28,959 nucleotides of DNA, taken from assembly GCA_020348445.1 (NCBI GenBank), contig CP070751.1:1075250-1104208 (forward strand), read 5' to 3'. The notes under the pieces were generated by a model that saw nothing but the letters and a program-made list of their open reading frames with translations, did no database searches and had not been told where the DNA came from. The translations under genes and the position numbers were made by a program. Numbering within the stretch: position 1 is the first letter of the stretch; each line of letters opens with the position of its first letter. Shown one piece after another: positions 1 to 12,000 of this stretch. The stretch comes from Thermoplasmata archaeon (GTDB taxonomy: Archaea > Thermoplasmatota > Thermoplasmata > GCA-020350865).

Positions 1-3000
1 CTTAGAGCCTTAAAAGTTGGAATTACAAATGGTATCACCAACGGAAACGGTATCACCAATGGACTTGGGGGAAGGCAGGATCCATTAGAAGGAAAGAAGA
101 CTCTTAATAGATTGGTTATGGTGGTGGTACTGGTCTTGATTATAATTGGAACTCCTTATATCATATTCATAACCCATAGTCAACCAGATACGATTAAGAT
201 AGACGGTAAGTTCAGAGATTGGAGGGGGACGCCGATGATCTCAGATCAAATGGAGGGATCGCCTTTTAATCCCAATATAGATATCGTGGATTACAGGATA
301 GACGATAGAAATCTAGATTTATCCTTCTATTTACGGGTTGCAGGCAATATATTTGCTGGTCAGCCCGTTGGTAAAGAGAATGTGGACACGGCCTACATCT
401 TCATAGACAGGGACCAAAGTCCCGATTCGGGATATTATATTGAGGGTATTGGTGCCGATTATGTTGTTGAGGTGTATGGGCGAAGAGGCAATGTAGTTGG
501 CAGTGCCCTATACTTTTACCAGGCTTTCGAGCAGGATTGGGATCTGTGGGAGATTCATTGCGGTGTCGATGCTTTGGCAAGCGGCTCTGAGCTTGAGATG
601 CAATTCCCATGCAGTGCTATAGATATGAGAAAACAGGATGAAATCGATGTTCTATTTTATATGCAGAGCTGGGACAGATTTGAGGATTTTTCAGATACCA
701 TAATCAGCAATGAAGCTGGTATTCTATCCATTATCCAGCAGGGTGTGAGCGAGGGTGTAATAAACGGTAATGGCAACAGGTTGACCTGTTTGGAATTATA
801 TGCGATAAATTCTGATATTACAGTAAATGAGATAAAGGCAACAAGATTGGGTTTGGGAATCGATAGCGATGTTGTAAGGATAAGGCTTGAGGACGAGATG
901 TGGAATCCCATCACCACAGGTATTATGAACAATGACTTAGTCACATTTCAACCTAGGCTTTTCATACCTGAAGGTCAGAGCTCCACACTTTATATCGTGG
1001 CAGATGTTGGCGCAAGCACAATTGTAGGAAACAGCATTGGATTCAGGATCATGAACAATCACGATGTGGAAATAGACAAGGGCACGGTATCGATAAGACG
1101 TTTAAAACCTGATTTGCAACGTCATGAAAGCGGATACCTGATGGGTGTCCCGGAGAACGTGATAATCGACGGTGCCTTTAAAGATTGGGCAGGTAAGGGC
1201 ATACTAAACGACACCGAAAAAGATGTGGATCGGTGTGATTTGGATATATATAATTATGGAGTTTCGAATACAGATTTCGGAGCTGCATTTTATTTGAGGG
1301 TGGATGATGAAATATGCGGAGGTGTTGCTGTACCTTATTGGAATGTTAAACTTAAACACGAACCTATGATCCAAGAAGAGCCTCCCATCAATGGTACCCC
1401 CCCAGTGGTCTTGCCCAAGACAGGCGAGGACATTGTGTATATTTTCATTGACACGATTCCTTCAAAAGGCTATAGTCGCAACATTCCCATAGATGCGGAT
1501 TATTTAATTGAGATTAAAGGAAGACATAACAAAGTGCAAAACAGGACCTTCTACGAATGGGCTGGTAAAAATAAAGGGGAATGGAGCTGGACAGAGAGTG
1601 GTTTTGTGGATGTGGCTCTGGACTCTTATCAAATGGAAGTGGAAATTGAATGGGATAAGCTTGGAGTTGATCCCCAAAATAGCAGTTATGATGTGTATTT
1701 TTTAACCACTGATTGGGAACGAAGAGAAAAGGATTATTCCAATGGCGAAGGACCCATAACAGGACCCAGGGGAACCAGGGCAGTGACTCTGGCTGAGATT
1801 GCGACTGGAGTTGGCTCTGCTGACAATGACGGATTTGGATGGAATGTCTCATACGCAGGGGATGTGAACGGAGATGGATATCCCGATATCATTGTAGGTG
1901 CCCCTTTCAATGACACGATCGATGGTGCAAATCCAAATTGGTGGAACACTGAATGGACACATCGCAAGAAACTAACATTCGATAACAGCCAACAATCAGA
2001 GGATCTGGAGAACTTTCCGGTTCTGGTCAAATTAAGATCCGAGAATTTCATATATTCGAATGCGAAAGCTGATGGTTCAGATCTAAGGTTCCTAGATCCC
2101 GATGGATCCACTGAGATGAAGTATCATATAGAGAAGTGGGACTCCTCAGGAGATAGCTATGTCTGGGTGAATGTGACCACAATTGATGCCTCTTCGAAAA
2201 CAGACTATATATATATGTACTATGGTAATTCTGGGGCTTCCGATGTTCAGGATATCACAGGGACCTATGATGCTTTCTTTGAGGCAGTGTGGCATTTCAA
2301 TGAGACCTCAGGGACTCATTACGATGCCACATCGAACGATAACGATGGAACGCCCTACAACGGCGTATCCCAGGACAGGACAGGCCAAATAGACGGTGCC
2401 GACGAGTTCAACGGCAGCAACCACCATATCGATATCGATCCGTTCTCCATAAACAATTACACCATCAACTTCTGGTTCAATGGAGACGGGACCATCATGG
2501 GATTCGAGAACATTACCATGAGGACGACCCTGGACCTAAACAGCGAGAGCGCCGATACCACCATCTATGGAGAGGATGTGGATGATTATTCTGGTCGCGC
2601 AGTATCTTCAGGTGATATCAATGGTGACGGATATGACGATGTGATCATAGGCGCTCCTTCTGCGGACCCTGCTGGTGGGGGCGATGCAGGGGAGACATAT
2701 GTCATCTATGGTAAATATAGGGCCTCTGGCTCCACCATCGATCTGAATTCCACATCGGCCGACATCACCATCTATGGAGATGATCTAAATGATTTTTCTG
2801 GTTATGCAGTATCTTCGGGGGATATCAACAATGATGGATATGACGATGTGATAATCGGTGCCTATGGAGCGGACCCTGCTGGTGGGAGCGCTGCAGGAGA
2901 GACCTATGTCATCTACGGTGGAGACTGGGCGTCGGGCTCCTCAATCGATCTGAATTCCCAATCGGCCAATATCACCATCTATGGAGATGATCTAGGTGAT

Positions 3001-6000
3001 AGTTCTGGTTGGGCAGTATCTTCGGGGGATATCAACAATGATGGATATGATGATGTGATCATAGGCGCTCGTAACGCGGACCCTGCTGGAGGATCTCAGG
3101 CAGGAGAGACCTATGTCATCTATGGCGGCGATTGGGCCTCGGGCTCGACGATCGATCTGGATTCGGTATCGGCCAACATCACAATCTATGGAGTTGATCC
3201 GGATGATTCTTCTGGTTATGCAGTATCATCGGGGGATATCAACAATGATGGATATGATGATGTGATCATAGGCGCTTATTGGGCAGATCCCGCTGGTGGA
3301 TCTCAGGCAGGAGAGACCTATGTCATCTATGGCGGCGAATGGGCGTCCGGCTCCACAATTGACCTGAATTCCACATCGGCCAACATCACCATCTATGGAG
3401 ATGATAGCAGTGATTATTCTGGTTCTGCAGTATCTTCAGGGGATATCAACAATGATGGATATGATGATGTGATCATAAGCGCTCCTTCTGCGGACCCTGA
3501 AGAAACGCTCCAGGCAGGGGAGACCTATGTGATCTATGGTGGAGAATGGGCGTCGGGCTCCACAATTGATCTGAATTCGGAATTGGCAAATATCACAATC
3601 TATGGAGTTGATCTAGGTGATCTATCTGGTTGTGCAGTATCTTCGGGGGATATCAATAATGATGGATATGACGATGTGATAATGGGTGTTAGGGGAGCGG
3701 ACCCTGCTGGTGGGAACTTCGCAGGAGAGACATATGTAATCTACGGCGGGGATTGGGCGTCGGAATCTATAATCGATCTGAATTTGGAATCGGCAAACAT
3801 CACAATCTATGGAGATGATGCGGATGATTATTCTGGTTGGGCAGTATCTTCGGGGGATATCAACAATGATGGATATGATGATGTGATCATAGGCGCTCCT
3901 AACGCGGACCCTGCTGGTGGGAGCAGGGCTGGTGAAACATATGTGATAAATCCGGTCTCACCTTATGAGGTGGTTAAGGTCGAAACCATCGACTCCAAGA
4001 TCAGGTCCGTGTTCGCAGTCGATGGTATTACATCCTCTGTCATCTCATCAACCATAGATACCACCGAGTGGCATTCTGCAACTGTCACCAAGGGCAGTGA
4101 CCTGCGACTTTATGTGGATGGCTCCTTGGTAGCAACTTCGAGCGTGGACAGCGGCTCTTTTTCAGAGGCTCTGAACTTCACAATTGGCGTTCTTAACTAT
4201 AACGGCACACTTCTGAACTACTTTGATGGCCTGATCGATGAGATCAAGTTCTCCAACACCGCAAGGAGTGCAGAATGGATAGCAGCCCAGTACCTCACCA
4301 TGACCGATGATTTCATAAATTACGGGGAAGAAGAATCCACATGGTGGAACACCAACTGGAAATATCGTAAGAAACTGAGATTCAACAACCTCGAACAGAC
4401 AGAAAACCAAGAGGATTTCCCTCTAATGGTAAAATTAAGCTCTTCCAATTTCGATTATTCAAAGGCAAAATCAGATGGAACTGATCTTCGATTCATTGAT
4501 TCCGACGGTTCAACCCAGCTTAATTACCATATCGAGAACTGGGACAATTCTGGAAATAGCTATATCTGGGTCAATGTGTCCCAAATCGATGGAGCATCAT
4601 TAGAAGATCACATAAGAATGTATTACGGCAATTCAGGAGCTTCAAATGTCCAGAATGTGGAGGGAACTTATGATATAAACTTCTCCGCAGTTTGGCATCT
4701 GAACGAGACTTCCGGAACCCATTACGATGCCACGTCTAACAATAATGACGGGACAAAGCAGGGAGGTGTAAATCAAGATGTCACTGGATGGATCGGTGGT
4801 GCAGATAGTTTCGATGGTGATGGCGATTATATTGACTGTGGAACAAGTGACAGCTTGAATATCACAAATGCCATTACCATAGAAGCTTGGGTCAAGACCG
4901 ATGGTGAGTCACATGTTTACAATGATCCAGTAGTGGTTAGTAAATATGAAACAGGCAGCAAAAGGGCTTATCTGCTTAAAATCGACGATGATTCTGGACA
5001 GGATGATTGGGACTTCTATCTGAGTTCAAATGGAGATTCATCGGACGGTCAGATCGGTGTCTCAGACGCATGTAAAAATGGTGTATGGCATTACATCGCG
5101 GGAACATGGGACGGCTCCACCATGATCCTTTACAGGAATGCAGATCCCATAGGTACTAACCTTACCTTCACAGGGCCCATCCATCAATCAAGTACCAATC
5201 TGCGTATCGCTGATAGTACCGATTATTTTGAAGAATATAATGGAACAATCGACGAGGTTCGCATATCGGATAAGGCAAGAAGTGAGGACTGGATCAGGAT
5301 CCAATATGTATCCATGGCAGACAGTTTCTTAACATATTGCAATGAGGAGGATATTTTAGATACCGGGGCTGCTTACATATTCTTTGGTTATTCAGGAATA
5401 AGATCCGGTGATATCAATGCATCAAATGCCAATGTCACCATATATGGAGAGAATGCCGGGGATCTTTTCGGATGGAGCGTATCAGATCTCGGGAATGTGG
5501 ACTCCGATTCCAAGGACGACATCATCATTGGCGCACCTGGAGCGGGAGCTGGAAAGGCCTATATCTTCTATGGTCGCACCTCTTGGAGCGCAAGTTATGA
5601 TGCATCATCGGCTGATGTAACAATCACAGGTGAGTATGACGGAAACAGGTTCGGGGCGTCAGTCTCGGGTGCTGGAGATGTGGATAACAGCAACTATAAT
5701 GACATCATTGTTGGAGCCCACAATTATAAGGGTACTGCGTGGTGGAATTCCAATTGGGCAAATCGCATGAAACTGGTTTTTGATAACAGCGATCAAACCG
5801 AATCACTGAGCAATTTCCCGGTCATGGTCAATCTGAGCTCATCGAACTTTGATTATTCCAGCGCAAAGGCAGATGGAACCGATCTGCGGTTCATAGATTC
5901 CGACGAGTCCACCGAACTGGATTATCATATAGAGGACTGGGATTCTTCAGGTTACAGTTATGTTTGGGTGGAGGTTCCACAGATAGATGGCAGTTCCTCT

Positions 6001-9000
6001 TCAGATTATATTTGGTTGTACTATGGGAACTCAGGTGCATCCGATGTTCAGGATATAGAGGGAACATGGGATACGAACTTTACGGCCGTTTGGCATCTGA
6101 ACGAGACCTCGGGAAATATCTATGATGCCACATCGAATAACCATGATGGGACCAAACAGGGTGGTGTGACACAGGATACAACTGGGGTTGTCGATGGTGC
6201 AGATGATTTCGATGGGGATGCCGATTATTATGTTGTTTCCACAACTGCCGCCCTGAACATCACAACGCAGATCACTATTGAAGCTTGGGTCAAACCCGAT
6301 GGAGTTGATCATACAGATGTCGATCTAACCGTGGTTGGCAAGTTTCCCACTAACGACAGGGCATACCAACTTGGATTCAATGATGATTCTGGTGATGCCG
6401 ATGACTGGGATTTCAGATTAAGTTCAGATGGAAGCACTTCTGACGGTCAAGTTCATGTCAGTAATACTGTGGACAATAATCAATGGCAGTACATGGTAGG
6501 AACCTGGGACGGCTCGGATGTAAGGCTATATAAGAATGGAGTTGAAATCGGCACATCGGTTTCCTTCTCAGGTCCGATACATCTCTCAGATGCTGACGTA
6601 TGGATCGGAGACGGATCATATTATGGGTCCATGGACGGATGGCTTGACGAGGTACGCATATCAAATATAGGAAGAAGTGAGGATTGGATTGATGCACAGT
6701 ATCTATCCATGACCGACAATTTCATTACTTATTTGAATCAAGGTTCCGGATGGTGGAATTCCAATTGGGCCTATCGCATGAAGCTGAATTTCGATAACAG
6801 TGCACAAACCGAATCACTGAGTAATTTCCCTGTCATGGTCAAATTGAATTCGTCGAATTTTGATTATTCCAAAATAAATTCTGACGGTTCTGATATACGA
6901 TTCGTAGACGAAGACGATTCCACGGAATTGAGCTTTCATTTCGAAGATTGGAATTATGATGGAACAAGTTATGGATGGGTCAATGTAGATAAAATCGATG
7001 GAAGTTCAAGCTCGGATTATATGTGGTTGTACTATGGCAATCCATCTGCAGCCGATATCCAAGATCCCCGTGGTACCTACAATGAAAATTACTCGGCGGT
7101 GTGGCATTTGGATGAGACCACAGGATATAATTTAGACTCCACCCATAATGGTAATCTCGGTATGCCTTCTGTCAATAATACCCTTGATGCCACTGGAAAG
7201 ATCGATGGGGCGGATTATTTTGATGGGACATATGATGAGGTTTTTGTTTCTAATCATTCGAGTGTAAATCCGCCCAATGATATGACAATTGAAGCATGGG
7301 TGAATATGGAGGTCCTAAGTTCAACGTTGGGCAGAACCCAAACCATCCTGGCCAAACGGCATAGTGCTTCTCCCTTTCAGAGCTATGAACTCTATTTGAG
7401 TAGTGGTAGTGATAGTTTCATCTTTGGATGGGGAAACTCAACCGAGGCGTACGGATATGCAGGTTGGAATGCTGGACCTCCATCGCTAAATACCTGGTAC
7501 TATCTTGTGGGTGTCAGGGATGGCGGGACCTTGCGGTTCTATTTAAATGGAGGTACTACTGGCTGCTATACTGATACCGTCAGTGGGACAATGTATCAAT
7601 CTGATCGTGTACTGGAGCTCGGAAATGATGGTGATGAACATATAAACGGAACCTTGGATGAGGTGAGGCTTTCAAACTCTGCAAGGAGTGCCGATTGGGT
7701 CGCTGCACAGTATCTATCCATGACAGATGCCTTCATTACTTTCGGGAGCCAGGAGGAGGGCCAGAATGGAAAGGCATATATATTCTACGGGGATGGTTCC
7801 ATTCCCACCTCTGCAAGCAGTGCGGACAAGACCTATTTAGGCGAGTCCGCAGGTGACCAGTTCGGCTTCTCTGTTTCGGATGCCGGGGATGTCAACAACG
7901 ACGGTAAAGACGATGTGATCATAGGCGCACCCTATAACGATGATAGTGGAGAAGATGCTGGTGAAGCATATGTCTATATAGGGGATCTCACTGGAACATC
8001 GGATCTCGCAGACAGTGTTACCATAACCTATGGAACCGTAGATGCAGGATCCTACACAGATACTCAGGTAATAGGTGGAAACAGCCATGATATCGATGAG
8101 GAGAACATAAACACCGTAAACCCATATACTGAGACGGTGGATTCCGGTGATGAGACCATAACCGAAGGTGTGAATGAAGCAGGCAGCGACTATACAGACA
8201 CTCAATCAGATAACAATGTATATCAGGAGATAAGCGAGTTATATACAGGTGTCGATAGTACAGTCTATGTTGCCACGAATGATACAGCCAATGGTACAAT
8301 CATCAATTTCAATAATGCGAAAAGCGCCTCCGATGGCGGTGCAAATGCAACTATGGAGGAAGAGTTGATATCATGGTATGGTTCTGAAACCTCGGAGATA
8401 ACAATAGATGACACTGTTGACGATGCTTCTGATGAGTACAATCCGGGTCCCGGTGCGGTTTTTATAAATGAAACAGATGGCTATGTCTTTTATATTGACG
8501 CCACAAGCGATGATGTATGTTACCGGAAAACAACAAATGGTGGAGTTTCATGGGGTTCCGCACAAAGTATCTCAACGGACAGGAACTTCCATAATGTGGC
8601 GATATGGTATGATTTGTGGACTCCAGGTGGAACCAGTACCAGGGTGCATATAGTAGCTTATGGAGATTCCGATGACTCGGTGGTGTACAGATGGCTGGAT
8701 ACCGATGACGATTCATTGCGATCCAGTTGGGTCACTGTCTACGATTCAGGCTCATACACTCCCCCTGATGGTGGTGTATCAATTACCAATTCCACCGATG
8801 GAAATCTCTTCGCTTTGGGTTTTGGTGATACTCCATCAGTTTACAAGTCCACCGACAATGGAGACACGTGGTCCGATATCACACCATCATATTATTTTGA
8901 TGATGTAAACGATCATGCTCAGCTATTACCGTTGTCTGATGGGGATATTCTCTGTGTCTATCATGATGCGAGTACTTATTGGGCTAGATCCTTTGTTTAT

Positions 9001-12000
9001 GATGAGGGAACAGATACCTGGGATGGTTCTGCAACCAACATAGAGATATGGTATGCCACTGCTGATGCAAACTGGGGGGCAGTAGTTGATAAATCAACAG
9101 GTGATATCTACCTGGCTGCAGATGAAAGACCTGAATCCAACAATTATGATCTCAAGACCTATATCTTTTCAGACAGCTCCAGGACATGGACAGCTAAAAC
9201 TGATATCATAACTTCCAGTGGAACTGCATGCAAGGATGTAAAACTTATGATAAACGAGGATAATCAGGATGTTTTTGCTGTCTATATCAAAGGAGGAATG
9301 ACTGCCCATGTTTACTATAAAAAATCCACAGATGGCATGACAACCTGGGGTTCCGAAACCCAGTTAAGTACAACGTATGATGATCATATATACGTCAAGA
9401 CCAATTTCATGAGCGATGATGTGGTTTATGCGTTCTATTACAATGATGATCTGAATGATCTTCATGGATGCATAATCGCCAATATTTCCCAAGACTATAT
9501 GATGGATATCGAATTCAATACAACAGGGGTCACTTCAGCTGATAATTATTATTTACAACTCAATTATTCGACTGATGGAACTGAAAACTTCGGGGTTGAA
9601 GCATATAACTATACCTCGTCAGGCTGGGATTCATTAACAGGTAATTTAGACCAATCCTCCTACACATTGAAGGAGTACACCCTGGACCCTGATCATGTAT
9701 CAGGTTCTGGCTATGTCAGGATAAGATACCAAGGATTAACAGAAACGAGTGATGGTACATCTTCTAAGTTGTATATAGAATATCATCGGGTTAAAAGTAA
9801 TTCTTCAGCCACATATTCGTCGCAAGTCACATACACCCTGGACGACTTTCCAACAGACCGGGATAACTACCAGCTGCGGTTCTACGGGGCTACCAATCGC
9901 AGCTCGGGCGGGGAGAGCTTCACAGTCCAATGGCGCGAATCCGATGACAATCCCACATGGAACAATTTGGACACAGGAACGATTAGTGGATCATCCGAAA
10001 CCCAACTATCTGAGAACCTTGTCAGCACCCCTGATTCCAACATCGAAATAAGGATCACTGATGATACTGACTCACCATCTACTCCAAACACAACTCTTAA
10101 GATAGATCTTATCGAGATCTACTGCTGGAATAATACCGAATATGATATCGACCTCTATTATACATTCGATTATGGTACCGTTCCCACTGGCAATTTCGAT
10201 GTGACTGTTTATGCATATTTCAATGATGGTGGGACTGAGACCTTAAGCATCTGGGCGTGGGACTATGACGAGGGCTCACCGGCATTCGAGGATACAAGTG
10301 TAAATGTGAATTCTGGCGGATCCTATGGTTATACAAATGTCACAAATCTAGGAAACGAGTATGTAAGCGCAACAGGTGAGGTCAAGATCAGGTTCAAGTC
10401 CGATACAGTAACAAGTGATGGAACGAATGCAGGCTCATTGAGCGTTGATTATTTACAGGTAATAAATGAAACCGAGAGTTTCGGCAGCCTGAGCGTTACG
10501 TTATCAGGCGAAAGCTCGGAAGATATGTTCGGCTGGTCAGTATCCAATGTAAGCGATATAAACGAGGATGGATCATACGATGATGTGATTGTGGGAGCTC
10601 CCTCAAGTGTTGGTGGTTGGTGGAACACCAGCTGGGGATGTAGGCAGAAACTTACCTTTGATAACAGTGACCAATCCGAGACATTGTTGAATTTCCCGGT
10701 AATGGTTAATCTGTCCTCTTCCAATATCGATTATTCCAGGTGTAAAGACGATGGGACCGATTTGCGTTTCATTGATCCGGATGGATCAACCGAGTATAAC
10801 TATCACATAGAGAGGTGGAACTCATCATCTTATAGTTATGTTTGGGTGAATGTAACTGAAATTACAGGTAGTTCAACAAATGATTACATGTGGATGTACT
10901 ACGGGAATTCAGGTGCTGCAAATGTACTAAACAGTGAAGGGACTTATGATATTAACTTCACAGGAGTATGGCATTTGAACGAGTCTTCTGGAACCCCATA
11001 TGACGCCACTTCATACGACAATGATGGTACCCTATATAATGATGTAACACAGAACGTTACAGGTAAGATCGACGGCGCATATGATTTTGCAGGAACGACT
11101 GATGATGATGACTATATCGACTGTGGAAATGACGCAAGCCTATATTTCTATGCTAATAGAAACTATACTTGGTCTGCCTGGTTTTACAGACATGCCAATG
11201 CTGATTGGGACACCATAATGAGCAAATTTTCATGGAGTAATTATGGTATTCGTGTAATTATCCATAATGCTGGTTCACCGGTTATAAAGGTGGGTAATCA
11301 TACAAATGGATATGTAAATGGAAGTACCACAATAAGTGAAAATACATGGTATCACGTGGTCATAGTTTATGATTCCAGTACACCCACGGTACCTCAAGTA
11401 TATGTAAACGGCAATAAAGAAACAATGGATGGAAGTGCAACCTATCTTACAGATACTTCCACTCAATTCGATATCGGGTATGGATGGACCACGGAGGCTT
11501 GGGATGGTGTAATTGACGAGGTTAGATTTTCGAATATAATAAGAAGCGATGATTGGATTTCAGCACAGTACAAATCAATGTCCAACACTTTCATAACATT
11601 CGGAGGTGAGCAGGAGAACTCCGAAGGAAAGGCCCATATCTTTTTCGGAGGTGACTCCATGGACAGCACAGCCGATGTGAACCTAACAGGTGAATCAGCG
11701 GGTGATAGGTTCGGTTATTCTGTGTCTTGTGCAGGGGATGTCGATGGAGATGGCAAAACCGATGTTATTGTTGGTGCTCCGTACTGGGACAACGGAGCCA
11801 CCACAGACTGCGGACAAGTTCTCGTATTCAAAGGTGGATCCTCAATGGACACCATAGCTGATTATGTTCACAACGGAACCCAGGCCAATGAGCATTTTGG
11901 ATGGTCTGTAAGTTTAGCCTTAATAATGGATGATGGAAGCAACAGCATGGTTGTGGTTGGCTCCCCTCATCATGATGGCAGTACTGATACTGGTAAAACC

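Larger units (their letters stand above)
1939..11615 (+). repeat. Five DUF2341+LamG modules in ORF1 (1939-4330 interrupted, 4342-5350, 5740-6735, 6751-7760, 10618-11615)
   Basis: Each starts WWN..W..R.KL.F[DN]N, has FP..V.L, DG.D[LI]RF.D, YG[ND], VWH[LF].E, and ends [IL]DE[VI][RK].S...RS..WI..QY.[ST]M...F. Confidence 0.85.

Noticed and set aside
8-21. Exact 14-bp match ccttaaaagttgga at 8-21 and 18362-18375
   Set aside because: About one or more such matches are expected by chance in 29 kb, and the two contexts are unrelated (coding cap versus stop region).
2530-3948. 207-bp repeats as a CRISPR array or DGR template/variable repeat
   Set aside because: They are in-frame protein repeats without spacers. 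Variable codons include tgg, gga, cta and agg, which do not fit a simple AAY-derived adenine-mutagenesis pattern. No reverse transcriptase or cas gene is in the window.
8400-9480. Active sialidase call for the BNR propellers
   Set aside because: Asp-box-like motifs indicate fold only; I could not identify catalytic residues.
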